Both the position numbers and the translations under genes were made by a program. This document shows, piece after piece, positions 46,233 to 57,921 of a DNA stretch of 64,000 nucleotides (positions are counted from its first letter, which is position 1; the number at the start of each line of letters is the position of its first letter). The notes beneath the pieces are model-generated. The model was given only the letters and a program-made list of their open reading frames with translations, made no database searches and was not told the DNA's origin. The stretch comes from Syntrophorhabdaceae bacterium (lineage in GTDB: Bacteria; Desulfobacterota; Syntrophorhabdia; Syntrophorhabdales; Syntrophorhabdaceae), in contig CAXXUO010000003.1 in assembly GCA_963666485.2 (NCBI GenBank), positions 128,001-192,000 on the forward strand, read 5' to 3'.

Positions 46233-49200
46233 ATGAGACAATGGATGGTATTTGTAAGCAGGCACAGCGTCGTGTTCCTGATCCTGGGAGTGATAGCTGT
46301 CGTCGTGTCTGTTTACCTTATCAAGGATTTGAACGTAGAGGCCTTTCCCGACCCCTCACCTCCGATGGTCGAAGTCGTCACAATATATGACGGGCGTTCG
46401 GCCGAAGAGGTCGAGAAGCGGATCACGATCCCAATTGAGGTGGCCCTGGCGTCAATGCGCGGGCTTGAGAGGATCAATTCTGCCTCGCTCTATGGTCTCT
46501 CCGACATAAAGTGCAAGTTTTCATACGACATCCCGTACATGCAGGCGCGCCAGGAGGTGATCAACCGCCTGAACAGTCTTACTCTGCCGGAAAATATACA
46601 ACCCTCGATCATTCCGAGCCCGATGGGGGAGGTCATGCAATATACCCTCCAGGGATCGAACAATCTCATGGAGTTGCGGTCCTTGCAGGACTGGACGGTC
46701 GGGCGGTATATAAAATCGGCCAAAGGAGTCGAAGATGTCGCGAGCTACGGGGGATTTATCAAAACCTATGCGGTAAAGGTCCAGCCGGAGAACCTCATCA
46801 AGTACGGCATCACCTTTTCCCAGGTCCTGGAAGCCCTGTCGAAATCGAACATCAATGTCGGGGGCCGGACGATCGAACTGGGGAACCAATATTACATGGT
46901 CCGGGGGATAGGGCTCATACGGAACCTGGATGATATCACCAATAACGTCGTCAGCTATAAGAACGGCAAGGCGGTCCTGATCGGCAATATTGCGGAGGTA
47001 GCCTTCGGGAACATCCCGAGGACCGGGATCGTGCTTTTCAATGAAAAAGACGATGTCGTGATGGGCAACGTGATTTTGAGGAGGGGTGAAAAGAGCATAC
47101 CGTCTATCAAATCCATCATGGAAAAGGTGAAAGACCTGAACACCCGGATATTGCCCAAGGGCGTCAAGGTCGTTCCCTTTTATGAACGATGGGACCTCAT
47201 AAAAATGGTCATCTACAAGGTTGCCGAAAACACCCTGATCGGGATGCTCCTCGTGGGTCTGTGCCTCTATGTTTTCCTGGGGAGCTGGCGAACGGCGGTT
47301 CTCACGGCTCTCACGGTCCCGATGTCGCTTGCCATGACACTGGCCGTCATCTACCTGAGCGGCGACTCGGCCAATATACTGTCTATAGGCGCAATTGATT
47401 TCGGCATAATCGCAGACATAAGCCTCGTTCTTAGCGAGAATTACGTGAGGATCGCACGCAAGACACGGGTATCGACAGGGCTCCCGGTCAAGACAATGAC
47501 GGACAGGATCCTCGTCAAAGCTTCTGGGGAGGTGGGACGTCCCATTATCCTTCTGGTTGTGATCATCATACTGGCCCTTCTCCCGGTCTTCACAATGAAA
47601 GGGGCGGAAAAGCAGCTCTTTTCACCGATGGCCCGCACATATTCCTACGCCCTTACGATCGGCCTCATTCTCACGTTCACCTTCCTTACCGGGGGTATCC
47701 ACATGTTCCTCGGGGGCCATGAAGGCCACGAATTCAAATTCTTCGAAACCATACAGCGCCACTATACGTCAATGCTCGATTATTTCTTCACGTACCAACG
47801 GAAGGTTCTCCTCATCACCGGCGCAACGATGCTTGCCGGTTTCATCGCCGGTTTCCTCTTCATTGGGACCCAATTCCTGCCGAAGCTGGATGAAGGCAAT
47901 ATCTACATGAGGGTGACCTTTCCTTATTCCATCTCACTATCCTCGACCCACGAGTATGCCAAACAGGTCCGCAATATACTCCTGTCACTTCCGGAGATAA
48001 AATCGGTTGCCGTGCGGGTCGGCAGGCCTGAGGACGGCACCGATGCTACCGGGCCGTTCAACAGCGAATATAACTGCAATCTCAAACCCTATGGCAAGTG
48101 GAAGAGGGGCATTACCAAGGAGCAATTGCAGGAAGAGGTACGGGCACGGGTGTCGCTCGCCTTTCCCAACACCAATGTCAGCGTGTCTCAGTATATGCAG
48201 GATAACCTGGAAGAGATGACGACCGGGGTGAAGGGTGAAAACGCGGTGAAAATTTTCGGGGACGACCTCCAGGAACTCGACAAGACCGCGAGAGAAATAA
48301 GCAATAAAATGGAAAAGGTCAAGGGCATAACGGATATAGCCGTGTACAGGGAACTCGGTCAGCCTAATCTCCTGATCACGGTGGACAGGGCAGTTGTCGC
48401 GGCCTTGGGCCTTTCAGTCCAGGACGTGCTGGACATGATATCCGCGGCGCTGGGGGGCAAGGTTGTAAGCCAGATCGTCGAGGGAGAGAGGTTGTTTGGC
48501 CTGTATGTGAGTTTCCCTCCGGACTTACGGACACATCCCGACAAAATAGAGAGTATCCCTATTGTCCTCCCCTCCGGGGGGGGGGGTCGTGCCGCTCAGC
48601 CGCGTGGCCGACGTTCATTATGATACCGGGGCTTCCTTTATTTATCGCGAAAATCTCAGGCGGTACATCCCGGTGAAATTCTCCGTGTCCGGCAAGGACC
48701 TCGGAGGAACGGTTGAGAAGGCGCAACGGGCAACGGAAAAGATCAAGATACCCGAAGGGTATTACATGGAATGGAGCGGGATATTCAACGAGATGCTCGA
48801 GGCCTTCCGCCGGTTCTACATATCCATACCATTCTCAATTCTCCTGATCTTCATGCTCCTGTATATCTTTTATGGCAATGTCCGCAATGTCCTTCTCACG
48901 ATCGTTGCGCCCATGTGCACTGTCTTCGGGGGATTGGTGAGCCTGCTGATCACCAATCAGCCATTAAGCATCTCCGCAGTCGTCGGGTTCGTCTCGGTAG
49001 TCGGGATCTCGACATTTCACACGTGCATCCTCATCACTCATTACATAGAAGTGTACGAAGAGACGAAGGATAAGGTGAAAGCAGTGTACCAGACAATCCG
49101 TGATAAATTCAGGCCGGTGCTTATGGTCGGTCTCGTTGCTTCTCTCGGCCTTCTTCCCGCTTCGCTTTCCCAGGGAGTAGGCAGCCAGGTGCAGAAACCG

Positions 49201-49308
49201 CTCGCGATCGTGGTCGTGGGTGGGATGTTGATAGGTACGGCAATAATCCTTCTTGTCATGCCGCTGCTTTTCAGGTTTGTACAGGTAGATGCCCACAGAG
49301 AAAGATAA
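46233..49308 (+). CDS. CusA/CzcA heavy-metal efflux RND transporter, frameshifted at a G11 run (48576-48586)
   Basis: VEAFPD, SIGAIDFGII, LFSPMA, FLPKLDEG, RPVLM, QKPLAIVVVGG; two ORFs join at the G run. Confidence 0.92.
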
Positions 49309-49333
49309 TAACGGGAAACCGTAAGGAGACAAT

Positions 49334-49666
49334 ATGCTCAGCGACGAACGTTCGCTTTTAAAACCTCAGATAGTAAGCGCCCGGGAGTTTTTGGCTGAGT
49401 ATCGTTTTCAGCTGAAGACGATACACGTCACCATTTCGATCAGGTTTTACCGGAGGTTAAACACCGGCGACATTGAATTCGAACAAAGCCACTATATCCT
49501 AACACCCCTTGATAACGAACCCAATATGCCGGGCACCGTGTTCTATAACAATATCGCCCTTGCCCTTGAAGAGGCGGTAAATGGATTTGCGGTTCCGCAT
49601 GATCAGGCGATTGGCCGGGGATACAAACCTGATGAATCCTGGCTTGTACCGAATGATGCATTTTAG
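49334..49666 (+). CDS. Hypothetical protein
   Basis: 110-aa ORF with RBS AAGGAG just after the RND gene. Confidence 0.65.
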   Translation: MLSDERSLLKPQIVSAREFLAEYRFQLKTIHVTISIRFYRRLNTGDIEFEQSHYILTPLDNEPNMPGTVFYNNIALALEEAVNGFAVPHDQAIGRGYKPDESWLVPNDAF

Positions 49667-50014
49667 GCTAAAAAGATAGCATCCCGCAGGTCTTTTCACG
49701 GGTATTATGCCGCGGAGTTCTTACGAGATAGTTATAATAATGGGTCCTGAAACATGGTCCCGATCCATAGAGGCCCGATAAAAACCACATATCGGCCGTC
49801 GACGCAGATATTGTAACTATTTTGTATCTAACGACCTTTCAGACACCTCTCAGAATGAAACATAATCCAAGCATCTCGATACCCGGCAACTTTTTGATAT
49901 TGTTCCTAATATATTGATAGAACGTGGCTTTCAATAAACCAGTATAACTTAGGACCAGCGGGTTAAATTATAGGGATTCGAGTCCCATCTCTCGCATTCA
50001 AGAAATCTCAACAA

Positions 50015-50078
50015 CTATTTTTTCGACGCAGCCGGCATGACCTCTTGTATGAAGAGCTTCACCTTCGCCTGTATGGCG
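50015..50078 (-). pseudogene. arsC: Detached C-terminus of arsC
   Basis: Removing the IS and one target duplication gives RDAIQAKVKLFIQEVMPAASKK-stop. Confidence 0.85.
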
Positions 50079-51437
50079 GATAGTGTCAAGAATCTTTCGC
50101 ACTTTCCATAGCAACCCCACTAATCCGGTTATGCCTTAATGCTCTCGATGATCTCCTGCTCAAGCCGGTCCATTTTCAGGTACTGGCTCATTCCCCATTT
50201 GGTTCCCGCTATGTGCCTTAGCCGGGCAGCCACGAGCATGAGTGCCGACCTGCCGTCAGGGAACGACCCGACGACCCGTGTGCGCCGTCTGATCTCCTTC
50301 ATGATCCGCTCCAGGGGGTTGTTGGTCCTGATCCTCCTCCAGTGCTCGCGGGGGAACCCGTAATAGCCGAGCGTCTCGTGGATCCCCTCGTTCAGCATGT
50401 CCGCGGCCCTGCCGAGTTTCATCTCCTTGAGCTTCTTCACCACCGCCTCCGCTTTCTTCTGCGCTTCTTTCCTGTCCTCCTGGGCATGGATCGCCGTGAG
50501 CATGGCGACGACCTCCTTGATCTTCCCCCTGGGCACGACGGTGAACACGTTCCGGTAGAAGTGGACAACGCACCTCTGCCATGAGGCGTCGGGGTAGAAC
50601 AGGGCGAGACTCTCGACGAGGCCCAGGCACTTGTCGGATATGAAGAGCTCCACACCCTTGAGCCCGCGCTCTTTGAGGTAGCGCAGGAAGGATGTCCAGC
50701 TGTCCTTGTCCTCCCGCGCACCCTCGGCCACACCCAGGATCTCCCGGTAGCCTTCGCGGTTCACCCCTATCGCTACAAGGACCGATACGCTCCTGACCTC
50801 CCCGCCCCAGGTCCTCTTGAGCGCTATCCCGTCGAGGTAGACGTAGGGATGCTCACCTTCGATGGGGCTTAATCTCCACTGCTCGATCGTGGTGTATATC
50901 TTTGCGTTGAGGTTCGAGACGGTGCCGGGGCTCACCTTCGTGCCCCAGAGGGCCTCCGTGATGTCCTCGACCCTCCTTACCGACACCCCGGCCAGGTACA
51001 TCTCGACGAGGGCCTCTTCCACGGATGATTCCCTTCTTTTGTACCGTTCGATGATCGCGGTCTCGAAGGGAAGCGACCTCAGCTTGGGCATCTTGATGTC
51101 CACCTCCCCCGCCTTCGTCTGGAGGGTTCGGGTATAATGGCCCGCCCGTGTGTCCCTGCGTTCCTCCGTGCGCTCGTACCTCTGTGCGTTGCACAGGCGG
51201 GACGCCTCTTCATCGAGAAGTGCATTGAGCGTCTCCTGCACCGTTCCCCTTACGATCTCTCCCAGGTGGTCCTTTATCTGCGCCTCATTAATCTGGATTA
51301 TCGTGCCGCCTTCTGTGGTAGACTCTTTCTGGGCCATGGTTCTTCCTCCCTCTGGTTTTTGTTTTGTGTGGTGCTTAACACTACCAGATTCGAGGTTGCC
51401 ATGGCTCTTAAATGTGCGAAAAATATTTTACGTTATC
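50079..51437 (-). mobile_element. IS256-family insertion sequence
   Basis: Imperfect terminal IRs GATAGTGTCAAGAATCTTTCGCAC / GATAACGTAAAATATTTTTCGCAC; 8-bp duplication GTATGGCG at 50071-78 and 51438-45. Confidence 0.95.
50129..51337 (-). CDS. IS256-family (Mutator-like) transposase
   Basis: EMYLAGVSVRRV, YLDG, ISD, QRCVVHF, RTNNPLER. Confidence 0.97.
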   Translation of the reverse strand: MAQKESTTEGGTIIQINEAQIKDHLGEIVRGTVQETLNALLDEEASRLCNAQRYERTEERRDTRAGHYTRTLQTKAGEVDIKMPKLRSLPFETAIIERYKRRESSVEEALVEMYLAGVSVRRVEDITEALWGTKVSPGTVSNLNAKIYTTIEQWRLSPIEGEHPYVYLDGIALKRTWGGEVRSVSVLVAIGVNREGYREILGVAEGAREDKDSWTSFLRYLKERGLKGVELFISDKCLGLVESLALFYPDASWQRCVVHFYRNVFTVVPRGKIKEVVAMLTAIHAQEDRKEAQKKAEAVVKKLKEMKLGRAADMLNEGIHETLGYYGFPREHWRRIRTNNPLERIMKEIRRRTRVVGSFPDGRSALMLVAARLRHIAGTKWGMSQYLKMDRLEQEIIESIKA

Positions 51438-51846
51438 GTATGGCGTCGCGGAGGCGGCGGACCTTTTCCATTTTCTCCTCGTGACTGCCGGTAAATGCTT
51501 CGGGGTCTTCGAGGTCCCAGCGGATGGTTTCCGTGCGGAGGTCCGGAAAGACGGGACAGATCCGTGCTTCGCTGCAGACAGTTATGACATAAACAAAAAG
51601 CTCTCCCCGTTTATACTTCTCAAAAACGCTCTTCGTCGTGTTCCGGGATATGTCTATACCGATCTCTTCCATCGCCTCGACGGCAAGAGGATTAAGGGTC
51701 CCGGGCTCCATCCCGGCGCTTTCGGCATCAAAACGGTCGCCGGCAAGGTCATTAAGGAACGCCTCTGCCATCTGACTCCTGGCACTGTTGTGGACGCATA
51801 CGAATAATACTTTTATTTTATCAATGTGCGGTTCAGGTGGGCTCAT
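51433..51846 (-). CDS. arsC: Thioredoxin-type arsenate reductase, C-terminus truncated by IS256
   Basis: [14 protein letters not shown]-loop, VITVC..CPVFP, WDLEDP. Confidence 0.88.
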   Translation of the reverse strand: MSPPEPHIDKIKVLFVCVHNSARSQMAEAFLNDLAGDRFDAESAGMEPGTLNPLAVEAMEEIGIDISRNTTKSVFEKYKRGELFVYVITVCSEARICPVFPDLRTETIRWDLEDPEAFTGSHEEKMEKVRRLRDAIR

Positions 51847-52501
51847 CCCGTTCTCCAAAGTGGTGCTTGATCACCCTTCCGTCAACCATGAATACAACAT
51901 CTTCACATATATTTGTCGCAAGGTCAGCAATTCGCTCCAAATTGTTGGCTATCCGGATAAGATGCAATGAACGCTCAATAGTTTTTTCATCTGATGCCAT
52001 AAATGTGATCAATTCCCGGAATATCTGGTCCTGGAGCGTATCGATAATATTGTCCTTCTGGCACACTTCCTCAGCCAGGCGTGCATCCTCATCAATGAAG
52101 GAAGTTATTGCATCACCGACACTCCTGATAGTTTCTGTTGCCATGCGGGGAATATCCACAAGCGGTTTTACCGGCTCGTGCGAGATAAGATAAAGCCCGC
52201 TTTCTGCGATATTGGCCGCATGATCTCCCATCCGCTCGAGATCGCTGTTCATCTTGAATATCATGAGGACGACCCGCAAGTCCCGTGCTCTCGGTTCGTA
52301 TTGCGCTATTGTCGTAGTGCACAGTTCATCAAGGATGATCTCCCGGTCGTTCGTGGCAGGTTCCAAGACATTCATGACCTCCATTAACGGCGTTTGATCC
52401 CTTGCCCATAGTCCCGCAATGTCCTTCATGATCATTTCTTCGATCAGCGCACCGTATTCCACGATCTCTTTTTTGAGCTCTTTTATTCTGTCCTGCAGCA
52501 T
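51833..52501 (-). CDS. phoU: PhoU (second copy)
   Basis: [26 protein letters not shown]. Confidence 0.95.
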   Translation of the reverse strand: MLQDRIKELKKEIVEYGALIEEMIMKDIAGLWARDQTPLMEVMNVLEPATNDREIILDELCTTTIAQYEPRARDLRVVLMIFKMNSDLERMGDHAANIAESGLYLISHEPVKPLVDIPRMATETIRSVGDAITSFIDEDARLAEEVCQKDNIIDTLQDQIFRELITFMASDEKTIERSLHLIRIANNLERIADLATNICEDVVFMVDGRVIKHHFGERDEPT

Positions 52502-52509
52502 TCTTCCTC

Positions 52510-53268
52510 CTATCCAAATTTGCCTGTCAGGTATTCTTCCGTCCGTTTATCCTTAGGTACCGTGAACATTTTTTCTGTTGGCCCGAATTCAACAAGTTCC
52601 CCCAGGTATATGAAGGCGGTCATATCCGATACTCGTGCTGCCTGGCCAATATTATGGGTGACGAGGATCATGGTAACGTTCTTCTTGAGCTCTACAAAGA
52701 GATCTTCGATCTGGGCAGTTGATTTCGGGTCAAGGGCCGACGTGGGCTCGTCAAAGAGGATTATCTCCGGATTCATGGCCAGAGCCCGCGCGATACACAG
52801 GCGCTGCTGCTGGCCCCCCGAAAGAAAGGTCCCTTTGCGATGGAGGTTATCTTTGACTTCATTCCAAAGCGCCGCGCTTTTCAACGACCGCTCAACAATG
52901 CCGTCCATTTCCGATTTGGTCATCCTGATGCCATTGAGTTTATAGCCTGCCACGACGTTGTCATAGATGCTCATTGTCGGAAAGGGGTTGGGCTTCTGGA
53001 ATACCATGCCAATTTTTCGCCTGAGAATTATCGGCTGCATTGCATAAATATCTTCGTTCAGGAGATACATTTTGCCCGATACGGTCGCACCAGGAATGAG
53101 TTCGTGCATTCTGTTCACGCAGCGTATCAACGTTGTCTTTCCGCACCCAGATGGGCCCATAAGCGCGGCAACTTTGTTCTTCTCGACATTGAGGCTTACG
53201 GTGTGGAGAATTTCGTTATCTCCAAAACACGCGCTAAAATCCTTGATTGTCAGAACTGTATTTTCCAT
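52510..53268 (-). CDS. pstB: PstB with all ABC motifs canonical
   Basis: [36 protein letters not shown]. Confidence 0.96.
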   Translation of the reverse strand: MENTVLTIKDFSACFGDNEILHTVSLNVEKNKVAALMGPSGCGKTTLIRCVNRMHELIPGATVSGKMYLLNEDIYAMQPIILRRKIGMVFQKPNPFPTMSIYDNVVAGYKLNGIRMTKSEMDGIVERSLKSAALWNEVKDNLHRKGTFLSGGQQQRLCIARALAMNPEIILFDEPTSALDPKSTAQIEDLFVELKKNVTMILVTHNIGQAARVSDMTAFIYLGELVEFGPTEKMFTVPKDKRTEEYLTGKFG

Positions 53269-54096
53269 CTTGCAGATATACCTCTCGCAACCAGATTTAA
53301 CGAAAGCGTCAGGAGAACGAGAATGAATGACGCCCCCCAGGCGAACGAATGCCATTCGGGGTAAGGACTCATCGCGTAATAAAATATCCTGTACGGTAAT
53401 GAGTCTATTGGCTTAAATATGTTGATATTCATGAACTGGTTGCCAAATGCCGTGAATAAAAGCGGAGCAGTTTCCCCGGTTATCCTGGCCATGCTAAGTA
53501 ATACTCCCGTCAGGATACCATTCATCCCGGAGGGAAGGACTACTTTGAGCATAGTCCGGTAATACGGCACGCCGAGCGCCAATGAGGCCTCTCTCAGGTT
53601 ATAGGGAACAAGCTTCAGTGTTTCTTCCGTTGTTTTGATAATAACGGGAAGCATCATAATAGCGAGGGGCGACTCCTCCTGAAAAAGCCGAGAATCCCCC
53701 TGAAGGCCCCACTATCCACAGGTAGGCGATGATTCCTATGACAATGGAGGGCGTGCCCTGCAGGACAATGACACATAGTCGAATAAAGTAGGCAAGCTTT
53801 CCCGAGCGTCTTTCGACCAGATAGATCCCTGCCAGGATACCACACGGTATTGATAACAGGCCCGATATTCCGATAAGGATCAAAGTCCCTACAATGGCGT
53901 TAAATACGCCGCCCCCCGTCTCGCCGATCGGCCTGGGCAAGCTCGACAGAAAATCCCAGTTAATGACTGTTATTCCGTTTTTTGCTATATAGTAGAGGAT
54001 CAAAAAGAGCGGCAAGAGAGACATCAGGGCGAAGAGAATAATTATGCCTTTGAACAGGATATCTTTTACTATGCGTGACTTCACTTCATTCATCAT
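53250..54096 (-). CDS. pstA: PstA (second copy) with a +1 frameshift at 53666-53669
   Basis: Removing one C restores [23 protein letters not shown]. Confidence 0.9.
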
Positions 54097-55010
54097 GTGA
54101 CCTCACGCGCTGATTCAATACTGAGCTTTTGAATGACGTATGTTCCGATTATATTGACGACCATTGTAACAAAGAACAGGACAAGGGCCAGATATATCAA
54201 AGAGGCCGCCGTTATCCCCGTCGCCTCGGCAAATTCATTGGCTATAACGCTTGCCATGGTATTTGCGGGGCTGAATATGCTCGCCGGGAGAAAATTACTG
54301 TTCCCGATGAGCATCGTTACAGCCATTGTCTCACCAATGGCGCGTCCCAAAGCGAGGAGTATTCCGGCCGCAACGCCTGAACGGGCATAGGGAAGCACAA
54401 TATTCTTGACCACTTCAAAACGGGTAGCTCCAAGTGAATAGGCGGCTTCTTTGAGATCCCCCGGTACAAGAGCTATCACTTCCCTTCCAATTGATGCCGA
54501 AAACGGAATTATCATCACGGCGAGAATAACGGAAGAAGTCAGGATGCCTACGCCCTGCGGAGCAACACCGATCTTCATCTCGATCAACCTGACAATCGGC
54601 ATGAGGAGAAACAGCCCCCATAATCCATATATAACTGACGGTATACCTGCAAGAACCTCAACGGCGCTGCGAAGAAAGGCGGAAATAGCCCCTTCCCTGT
54701 AATATTCACCGAGGAAAAGGGAGATGGCGACGGAGAAGGGAAGTGATATCAGAAGGGCCAGAAATGATGTTACAAGCGTCCCCACCAGAAAAGACAGGGC
54801 CCCGAACGTCTCCGACGCTGCGTCCCAGGTTTTTGCAGCAAAAAAGAGAACGCCGAAGCGCTGAATGGCCGGCAGGGAACTAAAACCAAGGGTAACCAGG
54901 ATCCCGAGAAAGAGGAGGATGATAAATATACCGCTTGTCGCAAGGATAACGCTGAATAACCATTCCGAGCGGTCTATATGTCGTATTAATCGCCTTGTAT
55001 GCCTGGTCAT
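54093..55010 (-). CDS. pstC: PstC (second copy)
   Basis: LAGIPSVIYGLWG, GRAIGETMAV, MASVIANEF. Confidence 0.95.
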   Translation of the reverse strand: MTRHTRRLIRHIDRSEWLFSVILATSGIFIILLFLGILVTLGFSSLPAIQRFGVLFFAAKTWDAASETFGALSFLVGTLVTSFLALLISLPFSVAISLFLGEYYREGAISAFLRSAVEVLAGIPSVIYGLWGLFLLMPIVRLIEMKIGVAPQGVGILTSSVILAVMIIPFSASIGREVIALVPGDLKEAAYSLGATRFEVVKNIVLPYARSGVAAGILLALGRAIGETMAVTMLIGNSNFLPASIFSPANTMASVIANEFAEATGITAASLIYLALVLFFVTMVVNIIGTYVIQKLSIESAREVT

Positions 55011-55038
55011 TTCCCGTCCGCTATTTCCAAATAAATCC

Positions 55039-56100
55039 TTATTTCAGTAACGGTGTTCCGTTGTAAGTCATAGACTTTATTATTTTCACAGACTTTGCAG
55101 CCGCTTCTTTTGATAGCGGGGAATATTGGAGCGGCTCTACATATCTCTGACCGTTCCCTACTATCCAGATGAGCATCTTGGCCAGAGCCTCGGCACGTTC
55201 TTTTGTCTTGCCTCCGTAATTTTGTTCTTTGTAGAAGATAAGCCAGGTAAAGCTGCTGATGGGGTATCCCTCGACGGCGTTCGTGCTGGTTAAGGATATA
55301 TTTGTATCATCGGGTATCTTGACATTGGCTGCCGACGTGACAGATTTCAAGGTCGGTTCGATAAATTTTCCAGCTTTATTCTTTACATTCCCATATGCCA
55401 TTTTATTCTGGATCGCATAAAGCAGCTCGACATAGCCGATTGCGCCCGGCGTTTGCTTCACATATCCGGCCACACCCGGATTTCCCTTCTGGCCTATCGA
55501 TCCGGCGGGCCACTGGACTGATTTGCCGGGGCCGATCTTTCCCTTCCATGCATCATTTGTTTTTGACAGGTATTCCGTAAATATGAAGGTCGTACCGCTC
55601 GAATCAGCCCGATGTACGGGAGTAATAGCAAGACCGGGAAGCGTAATACCGGGATTCATTGCAGAAATTGTCGGATCGTTCCATTTCGTTATGGTGCCAA
55701 GGAATATGCTCGCTATTATGTCAGACGTAAGGTTAAGCTTGGGATTCCCCGGCAGGTTGTACGCAAGGACGACGGCCCCGAGGCACGTAGGTATGTGCAG
55801 GACCGGCGCACCGGCCGATTTGAGTTCGGTTTCCGTCATGAATGCATCCGTGCCTCCAAAATCGACGGTTTTCTTAATTAGCTGATTAATGCCACCCCCC
55901 GAACCAATCCCCTGGTAATTAATCTTTACTTTATACTGTTGGTTATACGCATCGAACATCTTGGAATAAAGGGGTTGGGGAAATGTGGCACCCGCACCGA
56001 GAAGCTCCATGTCAGCGGCCTGAATATGCCCGATAATAACAAAGATAACGGTACAGATGGTTAATACCAACGAAGAAATACGTAAAACTCTGAAACTCAT
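55039..56100 (-). CDS. pstS: PstS (second copy, E. coli-type)
   Basis: GAGATFP, GSGGGI, HRADSSGTT, YPISSFTW. Confidence 0.96.
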   Translation of the reverse strand: MSFRVLRISSLVLTICTVIFVIIGHIQAADMELLGAGATFPQPLYSKMFDAYNQQYKVKINYQGIGSGGGINQLIKKTVDFGGTDAFMTETELKSAGAPVLHIPTCLGAVVLAYNLPGNPKLNLTSDIIASIFLGTITKWNDPTISAMNPGITLPGLAITPVHRADSSGTTFIFTEYLSKTNDAWKGKIGPGKSVQWPAGSIGQKGNPGVAGYVKQTPGAIGYVELLYAIQNKMAYGNVKNKAGKFIEPTLKSVTSAANVKIPDDTNISLTSTNAVEGYPISSFTWLIFYKEQNYGGKTKERAEALAKMLIWIVGNGQRYVEPLQYSPLSKEAAAKSVKIIKSMTYNGTPLLK

Positions 56101-56169
56101 AATATCCTCCTATAAGGATTTACAGCATAGATAATGTAACTCCTGACTGTTAATTTTGAAGGATTATCC

Positions 56170-56190
56170 GGTTAAGAAATGGTTAAGAAT
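56170..56190 (-). promoter_or_regulatory. Putative Pho box upstream of pstS
   Basis: TTCTTAACC repeated with an 11-nt period. Confidence 0.65.
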
Positions 56191-56202
56191 GATAATCGGG
56201 AA

Positions 56203-57921
56203 TTATCGAACCGGCAAAGAAACTATAAACATGGAACCCTCACCGACAGTGCTCTCGACATGAATCGTTCCCCCATGAAGAAGTACGATATGTTTTACGA
56301 TCGACAGTCCAAGCCCTGTACCGCCCAGCTTTTTTGACCGTGATTTATCGACAACATAGAAACGTTCAAAAATACGACGTATATGCTCGGAAGGGATCCC
56401 CGGACCGGTATCGGAAACTTTTACAGTTAGGTTGCCATTTGCCGCAGTTACTTCGATCCTGATTTCCCCGGCGTCCGTGTATTTAATAGCGTTATCGAGA
56501 AGATTAATGAAGACCTGTTCAAGCTTGAAAGCATCGCCCATAACCGGGGGCAGATCGATCCCGATCATAGTCTTGATTGAGAAGCCCTTTTCCCGGACCT
56601 GGTTATCAAAGATCTTGAGTACTCTCTCGAGAAGTTGTGGTATATCGACGGGTTCCCGGGGGAGAGGAAATTCTTTTTCCTCGAGTTTGGCCAGGGTTTG
56701 AAGATCACCGACAATATGGATGAGCCGGTCCGTATTGCGTCTTATAATTGACAGGTATTGCCTGTTTTCGTCTGATATCGCGCTTTCATCTATCGTTTCA
56801 GCATATCCTTTTATGGATGTCAGGGGAGTGCGAAGCTCATGGGAAACATTGAGGACAAAATCGCTCTTAATCTTTTCAAGCCGCTTTATTTCAGTAATAT
56901 CATGAAAAATAGCAACAATCCCGCCTTTCGTCAGGAAAGCGGCGCTGCAGAGAAATACCCTGTCGCGTATTATAACCTCCTGGATGACATTACTTTGTTT
57001 AGTCCGAACCATTTTAATAAGATCATTAACCGAGGGTTCCCGGATCTCTTCCCAGAATATTCTTCCCTTGGTCAACCCCCGGCCCATGACATTCGCCAGG
57101 CTACTGTTCGTAAGGGCTATCCTTTCTTCATTGTCGAGGACCAGGAGCCCTTCCTGCAGCGATGTGATTATACTGTTCAGTTCTTCCGTCTGTCGCGTAA
57201 GTTCGGCGAAAAGGTCTTGCATCTCGTCCGTCATGGCGTTGAAACTGTCAGCAACAATCTTGAGTTCGTCTGTGTTTTTTAACAACACGCGCGTACTGAA
57301 ATCATGTCCGGCAACGCGACGGATGGCATCTGTCAATTCGCCGATGGGACGGGATATTGTCCGGGCAAATATATAGGCTGCAATAAGGGCCACAATAAGA
57401 ACAATACCGGCGGTTTCTGCGACCTGTCTATTGAGCCTTCCGGAGACGACTTTAATATCTTTCAGGAATTTGCTGGTCCGGATAACATACGTGATCGTGC
57501 CGCCCTTATACACCGGTATAGCGATATACAGCATTTCACGGCCCAACGTATCACTCAGACGGAGATATTTCCCGGTATTCCCCTCTAATGCCTGGGCAAT
57601 CTCCGTTCTCGTCCGATGATTTTCCATTTTGCCGGGATTTTCCTGTGAATCTGCAATCACCTTTCCTTCGGGGTCTACAATCGTGATCCGTGTATGTATC
57701 TGCTTGTCGAGATCCTTAATTGTGCTATCTAGCGTCCGCAGCGAAGATGCCTCGTTCAAAAGGCCTTTGACGATCAGGGCAGTCTCCGTTAATTCCTGAT
57801 CGGTGCGCTCCAGCTGATAATGCCGAACAAGATAAGATGAAAAAAGAACTAGCAGCCCTGAAAGAATAACGATCAAAATAAAATAGCTTCCGAATATTTT
57901 AAGGAATATCGACCGTTTCAC
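56203..57921 (-). CDS. phoR: Phosphate regulon sensor kinase
   Basis: TM-ENH..R.E-TM-HAMP-PAS, NVSHELRTPLT, ERFYVVDKSRS, GGTGLGL. Confidence 0.93.
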   Translation of the reverse strand: MKRSIFLKIFGSYFILIVILSGLLVLFSSYLVRHYQLERTDQELTETALIVKGLLNEASSLRTLDSTIKDLDKQIHTRITIVDPEGKVIADSQENPGKMENHRTRTEIAQALEGNTGKYLRLSDTLGREMLYIAIPVYKGGTITYVIRTSKFLKDIKVVSGRLNRQVAETAGIVLIVALIAAYIFARTISRPIGELTDAIRRVAGHDFSTRVLLKNTDELKIVADSFNAMTDEMQDLFAELTRQTEELNSIITSLQEGLLVLDNEERIALTNSSLANVMGRGLTKGRIFWEEIREPSVNDLIKMVRTKQSNVIQEVIIRDRVFLCSAAFLTKGGIVAIFHDITEIKRLEKIKSDFVLNVSHELRTPLTSIKGYAETIDESAISDENRQYLSIIRRNTDRLIHIVGDLQTLAKLEEKEFPLPREPVDIPQLLERVLKIFDNQVREKGFSIKTMIGIDLPPVMGDAFKLEQVFINLLDNAIKYTDAGEIRIEVTAANGNLTVKVSDTGPGIPSEHIRRIFERFYVVDKSRSKKLGGTGLGLSIVKHIVLLHGGTIHVESTVGEGSMFIVSLPVR

